Below, one piece after another: positions 17,894 to 28,098 of a stretch of DNA of 64,000 nucleotides. A model generated the notes under the pieces. It was not told where the DNA came from and did not search any database. It worked only from the letters and a program-made list of their open reading frames with translations. Each line of letters opens with the position of its first letter. Position 1 is the first letter of the stretch. This DNA is from Armatimonadota bacterium. GTDB taxonomy: Bacteria > Armatimonadota > Fimbriimonadia > Fimbriimonadales > GBS-DC. A program made the position numbers and the translations under genes. The DNA lies in NCBI GenBank assembly GCA_037445735.1, contig JBBIJY010000013.1, positions 1 to 64,000 of the forward strand, given 5' to 3'.

Positions 17894-18811
17894 CTATTCC
17901 TCGCTGAGCGCGTACTCGAGGCAGGCGCAGCGGGCTGCCAGCCCGTGGCGCACCTGCTGTAAAATCAGCGAGCGGGCGCCGTCGGCAACCGCGTCGCTGA
18001 TCTCCACCCCGCGCTGAACGGGTCCCGGATGCATCACGACGCAATCGGGTCGGGCGCAGGCGAGGCTGCGCTCGTTGATCTGATAGTCGCGGCGGTAGGC
18101 GTTCAGGCTGGGCACAAGCCCGTGCTGCATGCGCTCCAGCTGCAGGCGGAGCGCCATCACCACAGTGGTGTTCTGGAGCGCCTCCTGCAGGCAGGTGGTC
18201 ATGCGGGCACCAGGCAACGGTGAATCGGGCAGCAGTGTCGGCGGCGCACAGAGCCACACCTCCGCCCCCGCCTTCGTCAGCAGAATCAGGTTCGAACGCG
18301 CCACACGGCTATGCGCAATATCGCCCACGATGGCTATCTTGCGTCCTGCGAGCCAGCGTGTGGTGGGGTCGGGCATGCCGAAGTGAACCCACAGCGTGTA
18401 GAGGTCGAGCAGCGCCTGCGTGGGGTGCTGGTGCGCGCCATCACCTGCGTTGAGGATGGGCGCGGTCGCCACCCGCGCAGCGGCGTGCGCTGCGCCCGCT
18501 TCAGGATGGCGCAACACAATCCCCTTCACACCCTGCGCGCAGAGCGTGCGAACGGTATCGGTCAGCGTTTCGCCCTTCTGGATGCTGGCGCCTGCTGCCG
18601 TGATAACCAGCGGGTGCAGACCCAGCGGGAGCGCCGCCTGCTCGAAAGCGGCGCGAGTGCGCGTGCTTGGCTCATAGAACAGCAGCGCGAGCACGCCCCG
18701 CACCGCCTGCGGGTGAACAGGCTGCCCGTTATTCAGGCGCCGCTGCCACGCATGCGTGCGCAGCAGCATGTCGGGCATCGGCAGCTCCTCAACCGTGAGA
18801 ATGTGCCGCAT
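17894..18811 (-). CDS. pyrB: Aspartate carbamoyltransferase catalytic subunit
   Basis: FYEPSTRT, NAGDGAHQHPTQALLD, GDIAHSRVARSN, LRLQLER, MHPGP. Confidence 0.95.
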   Translation of the reverse strand: MRHILTVEELPMPDMLLRTHAWQRRLNNGQPVHPQAVRGVLALLFYEPSTRTRAAFEQAALPLGLHPLVITAAGASIQKGETLTDTVRTLCAQGVKGIVLRHPEAGAAHAAARVATAPILNAGDGAHQHPTQALLDLYTLWVHFGMPDPTTRWLAGRKIAIVGDIAHSRVARSNLILLTKAGAEVWLCAPPTLLPDSPLPGARMTTCLQEALQNTTVVMALRLQLERMQHGLVPSLNAYRRDYQINERSLACARPDCVVMHPGPVQRGVEISDAVADGARSLILQQVRHGLAARCACLEYALSEE

Positions 18812-18883
18812 GGTCGCCTCCTCGCCGCAATCCCTCACCGTCAGGCTCCAAACAATACCAGGTCAAACACCATGCTGGTAGTT

Positions 18884-20449
18884 TCAATGCCGAAAATGGC
18901 GGATGGCGGTGAAAACCATCGCGATGCCGTGCTGGTTGGCAGCGGCAATCACTTCGGGGTCTTTTTTAGAGCCGCCGGGCTGAATGATGGCGCGGATGCC
19001 CGCCTGTGCCGCCAGTTCGATGCTGTCGGGGAAGGGGAAGAAGGCGTCGGACGCCAGCACGGCGCCGCTGGCTCGCTCGCCCGCCTGCTCCAGCGCGAGG
19101 CGCACCGCCCCCACACGGTTCATCTGCCCCGCGCCGACGCCCAGCACCTGCCCCGCTCGCGCCACCACAATCGCGTTCGACTTCACATGCTTGACCACGC
19201 GCCAGGCGAAGCGCAGGTCGCGCCACTGCTCGTCGGTCGGCGCATGCTCCGTCGCCACCTGCAGCAGGTTGGGGTTCCAGTCGATAGAATCGCGCTGGGT
19301 GTAGAGCACGCCGCCCGTCAGCCCTCGCACGGTGAAGCGCGCCTCCAGCGCGTCGGGCGATGGCAGCGCGCCTGTGCGCAACAGGCGCACGCTCTGACCC
19401 CAGCCTTTGCGCTCCTGAAAGAGCGCGATGGCGTCAGGCGTGAAATCAGGCGCAATCACCACCTCGAAGAAGTTGCCCTGCGCGGTGATGGCGCGCGCGG
19501 TCGGCTCGTCCACTGTGCGGTTGAACGCCACGATGCCGCCAAATGCAGAAACGGGGTCTGCCCGCAGCGCGCGCTCGAAGGCGTCGGCAGGCGTATCGGC
19601 AACGGCTACGCCGCAGGGGTTGGTGTGCTTGATAATCGCGCATGCGGGCTGATCGAACTCGCGCACCAGCTCCAGCGCGGCGTCGGCGTCCAGCAGGTTA
19701 TTGTATGACAGCTCCTTGCCCCAGAGCTGCTCGGCGGTCGCGACACAGCCGTCGGGCGCGAACGGCTCCCGATAAAACGCCGCCTGCTGATGCGGGTTCT
19801 CGCCGTAGCGCAGGCGCTGGACACGCCGATAGGTGAGCGTCAGCCGTTCGGGTAGCGCACCGTCGGGGTCATAGCGGCGGAACCACTGGGCAATCAGCGC
19901 GTCGTACTCGGCGATGCAGGCGAAGGCGCGCGCCGCCAGCAACGCGCGTTCCGCACGGCTCAAACCACCCGCTCGCAATCGCTCCAGCACCCACTCATAA
20001 TCGGCAGGGTTCACCACCACCGCCACATGCTCGAAGTTTTTGGCGGCGGCGCGAATAAGCGTCGGACCGCCGATATCGATCTGTTCAATCTGCTCGGCTT
20101 CCGACGCGCCTGCCCGCCAGGCTGCCTCAAAGGGATAAAGGTTGACCACCACCAGCTGGATGGGTGTGAGCTGCAGCTCCTGCAGGGTGCGCTGGTGGTC
20201 GGGGCGGTTCAGGTCGGCGAGCAAAGCGGCATGCACGCGCGGATGGAGCGTCTTCACGCGCCCATCGAGGATTTCAGGGAAGCCTGTCCAGTCGCTGATC
20301 TCGATCACGGGCAGTCCCCACTCGCGCAGGGCGCGCGCCGTGCCCCCCGTGGAAAGCAGGCGATAACCCAGCTGATGGAGCGCGCGGGCGAACGGCTCCA
20401 GCCCCGTTTTGTCCGACACGCTGATGAGAGCCAGCGATTCCTGCCTCAC
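18884..20449 (-). CDS. purH: Bifunctional AICAR transformylase/IMP cyclohydrolase
   Basis: ALISVSDKTG, GRVKTLHP, IDIGGP, LRYGENPHQ, ASDAFFPF, RHFRH; GTG start 6 nt below TACAAT. Confidence 0.97.
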   Translation of the reverse strand: MRQESLALISVSDKTGLEPFARALHQLGYRLLSTGGTARALREWGLPVIEISDWTGFPEILDGRVKTLHPRVHAALLADLNRPDHQRTLQELQLTPIQLVVVNLYPFEAAWRAGASEAEQIEQIDIGGPTLIRAAAKNFEHVAVVVNPADYEWVLERLRAGGLSRAERALLAARAFACIAEYDALIAQWFRRYDPDGALPERLTLTYRRVQRLRYGENPHQQAAFYREPFAPDGCVATAEQLWGKELSYNNLLDADAALELVREFDQPACAIIKHTNPCGVAVADTPADAFERALRADPVSAFGGIVAFNRTVDEPTARAITAQGNFFEVVIAPDFTPDAIALFQERKGWGQSVRLLRTGALPSPDALEARFTVRGLTGGVLYTQRDSIDWNPNLLQVATEHAPTDEQWRDLRFAWRVVKHVKSNAIVVARAGQVLGVGAGQMNRVGAVRLALEQAGERASGAVLASDAFFPFPDSIELAAQAGIRAIIQPGGSKKDPEVIAAANQHGIAMVFTAIRHFRH

Positions 20450-20476
20450 ACGCCTATTGTACCCGCCTGCCACCCA

Positions 20477-20508
20477 TTTTCAGTGCTTTTTCAGTGCGTT
20501 TTCAGTGC
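20477..20508 (+). repeat. Three TTTTCAGTGC direct repeats at 11-bp period
   Basis: Exact copies at 20477, 20488 and 20499 in the divergent purH / sigma-factor intergenic region. Confidence 0.8.
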
Positions 20509-20551
20509 CCTGTCGTAAACTGCCCGCGACACCTTTCGGGAGGTGGTGACG

Positions 20552-21217
20552 ATGATGACGATAACGGAACAGAACGGGGCGACGCTGGATTCGATCTGGC
20601 AGGAGCGACTGACCGAGCAGTTTCTGCAGTTCGCTCGCGCGCATGTGTGGGGCTGGCTGGTGCGCTGGAACCGCGTCAACAGCTGCCCGCTGCCCGAAGT
20701 CGACCTGGAGGACATCCTGAGCGAGATTCTGCTGACCGTGCTGCATTTCAAGCTGCCGGAGGGGGCGTCGGTGTGGGAGCCGTGCCTGATGGCGTATCTG
20801 AAGCGGGTGGCACGCCGAATCTATAATCGCTTCCGCTCCCAGCGGCGGATAGTTCTCTCGCTGGACGCGCTTCCGCCAGAGCTTTTACCGACCGTGAGCA
20901 TCGAGGACACCTGCTCGCAGGACGAGGGGGCATTTGTGCAGGCGGTTGCCCAGCAGCTGCTGAAGATGCCACGCCATCACGCGCTGGCGTTCCTGTTGCA
21001 GCTGGAATCGGAGCTGGCGGAGTGCCTGTTGCAGGCGGGCGGCGCGGCGCTGGAGCGTCATCTGGCGTGCGACGCCCTGTATGAGCTGGTGCAAGGTGCG
21101 CCCCTGCCCGACCGCGAGATTGCCCGACACCTGCAACTGACACCCCGTGCGGTGATCCGTGCCCGCCAGCACGCCCGCGAACGGCTCCGCAACTGTCTGC
21201 AAGCCATCGGTGCATAG
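20552..21217 (+). CDS. ECF-type sigma factor-like protein
   Basis: Region-2-like DLEDILSEILL...YLKRVARR and region-4 HTH DREIARHLQLT..AVIRARQHARERLR; GGAGG SD. Confidence 0.65.
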   Translation: MMTITEQNGATLDSIWQERLTEQFLQFARAHVWGWLVRWNRVNSCPLPEVDLEDILSEILLTVLHFKLPEGASVWEPCLMAYLKRVARRIYNRFRSQRRIVLSLDALPPELLPTVSIEDTCSQDEGAFVQAVAQQLLKMPRHHALAFLLQLESELAECLLQAGGAALERHLACDALYELVQGAPLPDREIARHLQLTPRAVIRARQHARERLRNCLQAIGA

Positions 21218-21315
21218 CCCCCTCACCCAATCCCTCTTCCCCGCGCGGGAGAGAGGGACAAATGAAACCCCCCTCTCCCACAGCGTTGGGAGAGGGGGCA
21301 GGGGGTGAGGGCTAC
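21215..21315. repeat. Composite REP-like palindrome
   Basis: TAGCCCCCTCACCC...GGGTGAGGGCTA outer stem with two CCCTCT..AGAGGG hairpins. Confidence 0.85.
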
Positions 21316-21445
21316 CTCTGGAAAGAAGCATTTAGGGGCGATTTTCGGTCGAAATCCGCATCTTTATGGGTACATTTCGGGGTTCGCCTGCATTATATTA
21401 GATGGAGCCGAAAAAGCTCCCAGACCAAACGATGGAGGTACAACG

Positions 21446-22567
21446 ATGATGAGACGAACGATCTGGAGTATCGGGCTAATCATGAGCGCACTGCTGGCAT
21501 CGCTCTTCACGCCAGCGTCAGCGCAGAATGAGCGGTGCTGCGACTTCCAAGTGCGGCACAATTTCCGCGTCTGCTTGCCAAGGGGCTGTCAGATCCCGCA
21601 GGTTCGCTGGGATTGGTTCACACAAGCAATGGTGTGGCCGCCCCTGCAGACCAACACCAATTCTGGCTCGAATCTCTATCCTGTTCCGAGTGCTGACACC
21701 CAGTGTGCAAGCGCTGTTGCGCCACAGGATTGCGCGTTTGCAAACGCCTGTGCGCGGTTCAGTGTAGCCCCGATTCCGGGCACTAACTGCATTCAGGGCT
21801 TTCACGAAGCCTTCGGCCGCGCCTGCGTTCGCTGCCGCGGTTTCGGGGCGCGGGCGAGCGCAGCCTCCCGAATCACCATTCTGTGCCGCGCACCGAACGC
21901 TGCCGGGCAGATTGTGTGGCAACCTGCTTTTCGGGATACAGTGCGAGCGGGGTGCGGCGTGCAAAATACGGACCCTGTGGTGCTGAAGCTGCGCAACTCT
22001 GCGACGGGTGAAACGCGCAACGATGTGCTGTTTGACCTGCGCGCCTCACGCTTCAGCTGGGAAGGTCAGGATGTAGACGGGGACGGCTGGTATGACACCG
22101 CGCGAATCCGCTACTGCTGCATGGATGTGGATGGAGACGGATATCTTGCCATACAGGTCGGTGGAGAGTCTCTGCGTGCGTCAGCGGGCGAGCTGCGCCT
22201 TCGAACCCGCAACAACATCGTCACCGAGGCTTTCAAAAACGGTCTTTTCGATAGTGTACGCCTGCCAAATGTTGGTGAGCAGGTGCCGCCCGAGATACCG
22301 CTTCCCTTCGCCGAGTTCGACCTGACCTTCCAGGTGCCCGACGGCTGGGTGCTGGAAGAGGTAGAGATGGGTGGCGGCGGCGAATCGGGCGATACACCCC
22401 CGCCACCCGGCGATGTGAACGGCGACGGCTGTGTGGATGACGCCGACCTGCTCGCCGTGCTGTTCGCCTTCGGCGGTTCTGGTGGACCCGAGGATGTGAA
22501 CGGCGACGGCGTGGTGGACGACGCCGACCTGCTGATCGTGCTGTTCAACTTCGGTCAAGGCTGCTAA
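21446..22567 (+). CDS. Secreted Cys-rich protein with dockerin-like C-terminal module
   Basis: GGAGG SD, signal peptide (..ASA/QN), 16 Cys, internal DVDGDG loops, tail [36 protein letters not shown]. Confidence 0.88.
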   Translation: MMRRTIWSIGLIMSALLASLFTPASAQNERCCDFQVRHNFRVCLPRGCQIPQVRWDWFTQAMVWPPLQTNTNSGSNLYPVPSADTQCASAVAPQDCAFANACARFSVAPIPGTNCIQGFHEAFGRACVRCRGFGARASAASRITILCRAPNAAGQIVWQPAFRDTVRAGCGVQNTDPVVLKLRNSATGETRNDVLFDLRASRFSWEGQDVDGDGWYDTARIRYCCMDVDGDGYLAIQVGGESLRASAGELRLRTRNNIVTEAFKNGLFDSVRLPNVGEQVPPEIPLPFAEFDLTFQVPDGWVLEEVEMGGGGESGDTPPPPGDVNGDGCVDDADLLAVLFAFGGSGGPEDVNGDGVVDDADLLIVLFNFGQGC

Positions 22568-22587
22568 CCGTCCCTGCCGTGCCTGCC

Positions 22588-22619
22588 AATCCCCCTCCTT
22601 CCGATGAAGGAGGGGGATT
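22588..22619 (+). terminator. Stem-loop after the dockerin-tail gene
   Basis: AATCCCCCTCCTTC-CGAT-GAAGGAGGGGGATT. Confidence 0.65.
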
Positions 22620-22656
22620 CGAGGTATAATAGAACATCTGAAGGTGGCTAACCGAT

Positions 22657-24279
22657 ATGAACAGATCGAAAGGGTGGCTTTCTGGTGCGCTATTAGTGAG
22701 TCTGGTGGCGGCAGTCTGCGCCCAGCAGAATGTGTCCATCACTCTCAGCCTGATTGACCCCGTGAATGTGGAGTATCAGATGCAGGTGGTGAACAACAAC
22801 GCCAGCGGCTCGGGCTGGACGGTGGATCAGGTGGATGTGCTGTACACGACGGCAGGTGTGCTGCAGGCGACCTTTGTGCCCAACGGCTGGGGCTGGCGCG
22901 GCGATGTGCCCTGGGATGCCATCCCCAACGCGCTCGAATTCACCGCTAACACAAGCGCCGACCGTATCGCGCCTGGCGGGGGCAGTCGCACCTTCCGCTA
23001 TAAAATGAACACCAAAACGCCAGCGGAAGACTTCTATATCATGTTCCGTGTGGTGAACGGAACCCAGAGTCAGGAATATGTGCGCCGAATCAAGGTTCCC
23101 CAGACCATCGATGTGCCCAAAGATTCGGCGCAGTCGCAGCAAATTAATGTACCGACCCCTGGTGGAGGGGCACAGCAGCTGCTGCGCCTGCGTTTTCGTG
23201 CGGCGTTCGCCATTCCCACTCTGCGCTATGCTCTTACCACCACCGACGCGAACGGGCTGCAGGTGGATCAAGCCGAGTACCCGCCCGCGCCCATACCGTC
23301 CCCACCGCACCTGGAGCATTTCTTTCTTGGCTCTGTGGAGCGGCTGATCGAAGAAGAGAGCGTGCCACCAGGTCAGTACTGGACGATTTGCGATGAAAGT
23401 GCGCAGTGGAACGGTGGTACAGCAGGCATCTCCGGGCTGCAGTGGGAGCGCGGTCAGACTTCCATCCCGCGTCCATCCGCTTGCTGGCAGTTTTTCCCGT
23501 CGTTGCGTCAGCCGAATGGTTCGCGCCTTGTGCGATTCCGCATCAACAACTGCGGGAGCCTGCCCTTTCAGGGCATTCTATTGCTGTACCTGCGTGGGGA
23601 TCGGCTGCTGGCTTGCGGACCGGAGCTGGCGGGCTGGCCGGCGCTCTACCCACCCGATGTGAACCTGCCCATCGAGCTGCCCAGGGGGGCATCCCGACAG
23701 TTTGATCTGGAGATTCCGCCCGATGTGCCGCCGAACCGTTTCTTCTACGGTGCGTTGCAGATGCGAACGGGTCAGGACACGCCGACCATGCTCTTCTTCG
23801 CGCATCAGGAATCGGACGCGCCGCTGCTGATAGGGCTGCTGCAGAACAACAGTGGCAGGCGACCCGTGCAAATCGCGGTGCACAATCCGCTCTCTGGCTT
23901 CACCCAACTGTTCACTACGCTGACCGATGCCGATGGTGTCTGGCGCATTCGGCTTGATGCCAGCAACGGCTTCGCCTTTTTCAACGACGCGGGCTTCTAT
24001 CTCCCTGTCTGGCGGGTGCGGGTCAAGCCGCAGGGCGCGCTTTCGCGCACTTTCCAGCAGGTGCTGGTGCCCGGCGGCGACACGCTCGATCCCTACCTGC
24101 GCATGCGGCTGGTGCTGGGCGATGTGAACGGCGACGACTGCATCGACGATGCCGACCTGTTAGCCGTGCTGTTCGCCTTCGGGCAGGTGGGCAACCTGCC
24201 TGAAGACCTGAACCTCGATGGCATCGTCGACGACGCCGACCTGCTGATTGTGCTGTTCAACTTCGGCGCAGGGTGCTGA
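22657..24279 (+). CDS. Secreted multi-beta-sandwich protein with dockerin-like C-terminal module
   Basis: Signal peptide, GGTATAAT upstream (22623-22630), tail GDVNGDDCIDDADLL..EDLNLDGIVDDADLL..NFGAGC. Confidence 0.88.
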   Translation: MNRSKGWLSGALLVSLVAAVCAQQNVSITLSLIDPVNVEYQMQVVNNNASGSGWTVDQVDVLYTTAGVLQATFVPNGWGWRGDVPWDAIPNALEFTANTSADRIAPGGGSRTFRYKMNTKTPAEDFYIMFRVVNGTQSQEYVRRIKVPQTIDVPKDSAQSQQINVPTPGGGAQQLLRLRFRAAFAIPTLRYALTTTDANGLQVDQAEYPPAPIPSPPHLEHFFLGSVERLIEEESVPPGQYWTICDESAQWNGGTAGISGLQWERGQTSIPRPSACWQFFPSLRQPNGSRLVRFRINNCGSLPFQGILLLYLRGDRLLACGPELAGWPALYPPDVNLPIELPRGASRQFDLEIPPDVPPNRFFYGALQMRTGQDTPTMLFFAHQESDAPLLIGLLQNNSGRRPVQIAVHNPLSGFTQLFTTLTDADGVWRIRLDASNGFAFFNDAGFYLPVWRVRVKPQGALSRTFQQVLVPGGDTLDPYLRMRLVLGDVNGDDCIDDADLLAVLFAFGQVGNLPEDLNLDGIVDDADLLIVLFNFGAGC

Positions 24280-24280
24280 A

Positions 24281-25444
24281 TCAGCGCACGCCTAACAGCA
24301 GCTCCATCGTCAGCTGGTCTAACTTCTCATAGTTGTAGCCGCGCCGACCCAGCGCCTCGCGGTCAAACGGATACGATTTGAGCCACTCGGCATTCTCGCG
24401 CGAGTAGGTCATCCGCGCCTGCAGCTCCATGTCCCATTCGCGAATCTCCGCCAGTAGCCCCTGAATCTCGGGGTCCTGATTGAACCGCTCCGCTTTCTCC
24501 TTGAGGATGAGGTAGGTGCGCATACAGCCCTTCGCGAACTCCCACACGCCCTCCTCGTCTTCGGTGCGGTAGGCGTGCGCGTCGAAGTGGCGCGGACCGC
24601 TGTAGCCGTTGTCCTCCAGCAGCTTCACCAGGAAAAACGCGCCCTTGATGTCTTCTGCGCCGAATCGGTAGTCCTGATCGTAGCGGCAGAACTTCTGGGC
24701 ATTCAAGTCGATGTGGAACAGCTTATTGCGCTCGATGGCTTGCGCGACGGCATGCACAAAGTTCAGCCCGACCATGTTCTCGTGCGCCACTTCGGGGTTC
24801 ACGCCGCACATGCTGGGGTCATCGAGCGTTTCGATGAACGCGAGCATGGCGCCGACGGTGGGCAGGAAGATGTCGCCGCGCGGCTCGTTAGGTTTCGGCT
24901 CCAGCGCGAACCTGAGCCGATAGCCCTGGTCTTTGACATAGTGGATGAGGAAGTTCATGCATTCACGGTACCACTGCAGGGCTTGCACGGGGTCTTTGGC
25001 GGCGTCGGTCTCGGTGCCCTCGCGTCCGCCCCAGAACACATAGATTTCGGCGCCCAGCTCCACCGCCAGATCGATGGCGTGCATGCTCTTTTGCAGGGCG
25101 TAGGCGCGCACTTTCGGGTCGTTGCTGGTGAACGCGCCATCTTTGAACACGGGGTCATAGAAGAGATTGGTCGTGCCCATCACCAGGCGCATGTTGTAAT
25201 CGTCGAGGGCTTTTTTGAACTCGCGCACGATGCGGTCGCGTTCGGCGGGCGTGGCGTCGATGGGCACCAGATCGTTATCGTGCAGGTTGACGCCCCATGC
25301 GCCCAGCTCGGAGAGTTTCTGCACGATGCGCACGGGCGAGATGGGCGGGCGCACAAAGTCGCCGAACGGGTCGCGCCCGCGATTGCCTACCGTCCACAGC
25401 CCGAAAGTGAACCGATGCTCCGGTTTGGGTGTATAATCTGCCAT
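24281..25444 (-). CDS. xylA: Xylose isomerase (short Thermus/Actinobacteria type)
   Basis: [57 protein letters not shown]. Confidence 0.96.
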   Translation of the reverse strand: MADYTPKPEHRFTFGLWTVGNRGRDPFGDFVRPPISPVRIVQKLSELGAWGVNLHDNDLVPIDATPAERDRIVREFKKALDDYNMRLVMGTTNLFYDPVFKDGAFTSNDPKVRAYALQKSMHAIDLAVELGAEIYVFWGGREGTETDAAKDPVQALQWYRECMNFLIHYVKDQGYRLRFALEPKPNEPRGDIFLPTVGAMLAFIETLDDPSMCGVNPEVAHENMVGLNFVHAVAQAIERNKLFHIDLNAQKFCRYDQDYRFGAEDIKGAFFLVKLLEDNGYSGPRHFDAHAYRTEDEEGVWEFAKGCMRTYLILKEKAERFNQDPEIQGLLAEIREWDMELQARMTYSRENAEWLKSYPFDREALGRRGYNYEKLDQLTMELLLGVR

Positions 25445-25546
25445 GATGGGAACACCTCCCGGCATGCTTTGTTCGATGGGGGGATGCGCTTTCCTGCAGG
25501 GAACCTGCCTCGGAGGCTGTTCGTTCCACCTGTCGAGGTGATGAGA

Positions 25547-28090
25547 ATGCACTGGCGAACGGAATGGCGGAGAGCAGTCGCCTGCTGGTATACCGCAATC
25601 GGGCTTCTGAGTCTGTTCAGCCTGGCTCCGGCGCAGTTTGTATGGCTTCAGCACGCGCCGACCTTCACCGATGACCTGTATGGAGTGGCATTTCCGACGC
25701 CGACGCACGGCTTTGTGGTCGGCACGCGCGCCCTGCTGAAAGAGACGCGGGATGGTGGTCAGAGCTGGCGCTATCGCAGTGGCGTCGGCGCCACCACGCC
25801 CAGCGTGGATCCCTTCTACGCCATTCTCTTTTATGGCTCGCAAAACGGGTGGATCACCGGCAATAACAACTACGCTTTTCGGACCACCGACGAGGGCGCC
25901 ACATGGACTCGCATGACCAGCGTGCCCGCTGGCTCCTGGGGACACATCGACTTCGTTTCGCCCAGCACGGGCTTTATCGGTGCGAACGGCGCCTGCGCCT
26001 TCACCAGCGATGGCGGTCAAAACTGGCAGTTGCGCTCGGGCTATCCCGACTGCCCGATTATGTACGGCATGGATTTTCGGGATGCGAATCTGGGGCTGGT
26101 GGCGGGCGACCACCTTTCGCAGGGCACGGGCATCTACCGCACGACCGATGGCGGGCGTACATGGAGCCGACGGCTGACGGGCATTTTCAACGATGTGGTC
26201 TTTATGGACGCCAGCACCGCGCTGGCAACCACCAACACAGGGGTGATTTATCGCTCCACCGACGCGGGCAACAACTGGATGCAGATCGCTCCCGACCGCC
26301 CTAACGGGCTGCTGGATCTCGAACGGGTGGATAGCACCACCATCGTGGGCGTGTCGGCGTTCGGCGATATCTGGCGCAGCGCGGACGGTGGATTCACATG
26401 GAGCAGAGTTGGGGACGACCTGGGCGATTTGCCTGGCAGGTGGCGTGTGCGTTTCCGCGACGCGCAGAACGGCTGGGTGGTGGGTCCCAAAGGGATGATG
26501 CTCGCGTCTACCGATGGCGGTCTCACCTGGCGCGTGGCAAGCAACGGCATCGCGGACAATATTACCGACATTAAGATGGTCTCCCGCGCTTTCGGTTATG
26601 CCGTCACGCGCAACGCCTATGTGCTGCGCACGCGCGATGGCGGAGCGCACTGGGATTTGCGCCACCTGAAGGTCACCGGCAATGTGTTTGGACATGCTGA
26701 AGGCTTGCAGGCGATCGATGTGGTCGATGAGCAGTTCGCGGTTGCAGCGGGTCTGGGCGGGATCGTGTTCAAAACAACCGATGGCGGCGAGACATGGCAG
26801 CCAATCGGCTATCCCACGCTCCCTGGACTTTTTGACATCTACGATGTGCGCTTCACCAGCCGCCAGACAGGATGGGTCGTGGGGCTGGATAACGATCTGG
26901 GGCACTACCGCACCATCTATCGCACGATGGATGGCGGTCTAACCTGGCAACTGGTTGTGCCTGTGCAGGCAGCGGTTCAATACAACGCGGTCGATTTCGT
27001 GGGCAACAGCGGCTGGGTGGTGGGTCCACGCTCCTACCTGCTGCGCACGACGGATGGGGGCAACACATGGCAGCAGGTGAACCTGCCTTATGGCAATGTG
27101 ACCAATCTGCAGTTCACCGATGTGGGCTTTGCAAATGAGCAGGTGGGCTGGATGATTGGCACGGTGGGCTATGTGTTGCGCTCCACCGATGGCGGTCAGA
27201 GCTGGGTGCGCCAGAACCTCGGCACCAGCGAAGATTTAGCTGCGCTCTATGTGGTGAGCGCGAGCGAGGCGTGGATTGCGGGCGCACTTGGCAGCCTGTT
27301 CCACACCACCGACGGCGGTCAGAGCTGGCTCCGCGAGTCGACAGGCTACCCCTCCGCGCTGGGGCTGAGCGCATTGCACGGCACACCCGACGGACATCTG
27401 GTCGGCGGCGGCTATGCCGGCTTTCTGGTGGTGCGCCATCACGGTGAGCGGGTGACGGCGACCAGCTTCTCGGTGCCGTTCGGGCGAATGACGGCGGGCA
27501 ATCTGACCGCCCTGCAAAACAGCGACGATGCCTACCTGATGCTGGAGAGCCGCGCGCCCAGTCAGTCGGGCAATCCCTATACCCAGCTCATCGTCGAAGG
27601 CACAGCCAGCCTGCGCCCATGGTCGCAGCTCGCCTTTCGCTTCGAAGGGCGCACGAACGCCAGCCCCGCAACGGGCGTCAAGCAGGTGCTGGAACTGTTC
27701 AACTTCACGACCAACCAGTGGGAGTTTCAGGAAGAGCGATTGGCGGACAACTCGCTTGATGCCGTCTGGGAGACCATGCTCACGGAGCCGTCGCCCTACA
27801 TTCAGGCGGGCACAGGGCGCGTGCGCGCTCGAATCAGCTGGTACAAGGTGGGCAATCTGAGCGCGGAGCCGTGGGTGATATGGGTCGACTATGTGCAGTG
27901 GAGCCTGCTCCCACCGGCGATTACGGGCGATGTGAACGGCGACGGCTGTGTGGATGACGCTGACCTGCTCGCGGTGCTGTTCGCGTTCGGGCAATCGGGC
28001 TCGGGCTTGCCTGAAGATGTAAACGGCGACGGTGTGGTGGACGACGCCGATTTGCTCACGGTGCTGTTCAACTTCGGGCAGGGCTGCTAA
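25547..28090 (+). CDS. Secreted YCF48/BNR (Asp-box) beta-propeller protein with dockerin-like tail
   Basis: Numerous T.DGG..W repeats, signal peptide, C-terminal beta domain then [21 protein letters not shown]; start 25547 (or 25541) after GAGGTG. Confidence 0.9.
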   Translation: MHWRTEWRRAVACWYTAIGLLSLFSLAPAQFVWLQHAPTFTDDLYGVAFPTPTHGFVVGTRALLKETRDGGQSWRYRSGVGATTPSVDPFYAILFYGSQNGWITGNNNYAFRTTDEGATWTRMTSVPAGSWGHIDFVSPSTGFIGANGACAFTSDGGQNWQLRSGYPDCPIMYGMDFRDANLGLVAGDHLSQGTGIYRTTDGGRTWSRRLTGIFNDVVFMDASTALATTNTGVIYRSTDAGNNWMQIAPDRPNGLLDLERVDSTTIVGVSAFGDIWRSADGGFTWSRVGDDLGDLPGRWRVRFRDAQNGWVVGPKGMMLASTDGGLTWRVASNGIADNITDIKMVSRAFGYAVTRNAYVLRTRDGGAHWDLRHLKVTGNVFGHAEGLQAIDVVDEQFAVAAGLGGIVFKTTDGGETWQPIGYPTLPGLFDIYDVRFTSRQTGWVVGLDNDLGHYRTIYRTMDGGLTWQLVVPVQAAVQYNAVDFVGNSGWVVGPRSYLLRTTDGGNTWQQVNLPYGNVTNLQFTDVGFANEQVGWMIGTVGYVLRSTDGGQSWVRQNLGTSEDLAALYVVSASEAWIAGALGSLFHTTDGGQSWLRESTGYPSALGLSALHGTPDGHLVGGGYAGFLVVRHHGERVTATSFSVPFGRMTAGNLTALQNSDDAYLMLESRAPSQSGNPYTQLIVEGTASLRPWSQLAFRFEGRTNASPATGVKQVLELFNFTTNQWEFQEERLADNSLDAVWETMLTEPSPYIQAGTGRVRARISWYKVGNLSAEPWVIWVDYVQWSLLPPAITGDVNGDGCVDDADLLAVLFAFGQSGSGLPEDVNGDGVVDDADLLTVLFNFGQGC

Positions 28091-28098
28091 ACCGCACC

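Noticed and set aside
24281-28090. 874-aa xylA ORF and 1171-aa BNR ORF appearing to overlap head to head
   Set aside because: Real starts with SD sequences are at 25444 and about 25547; the extensions are stop-free antisense frames typical of high-GC coding DNA.
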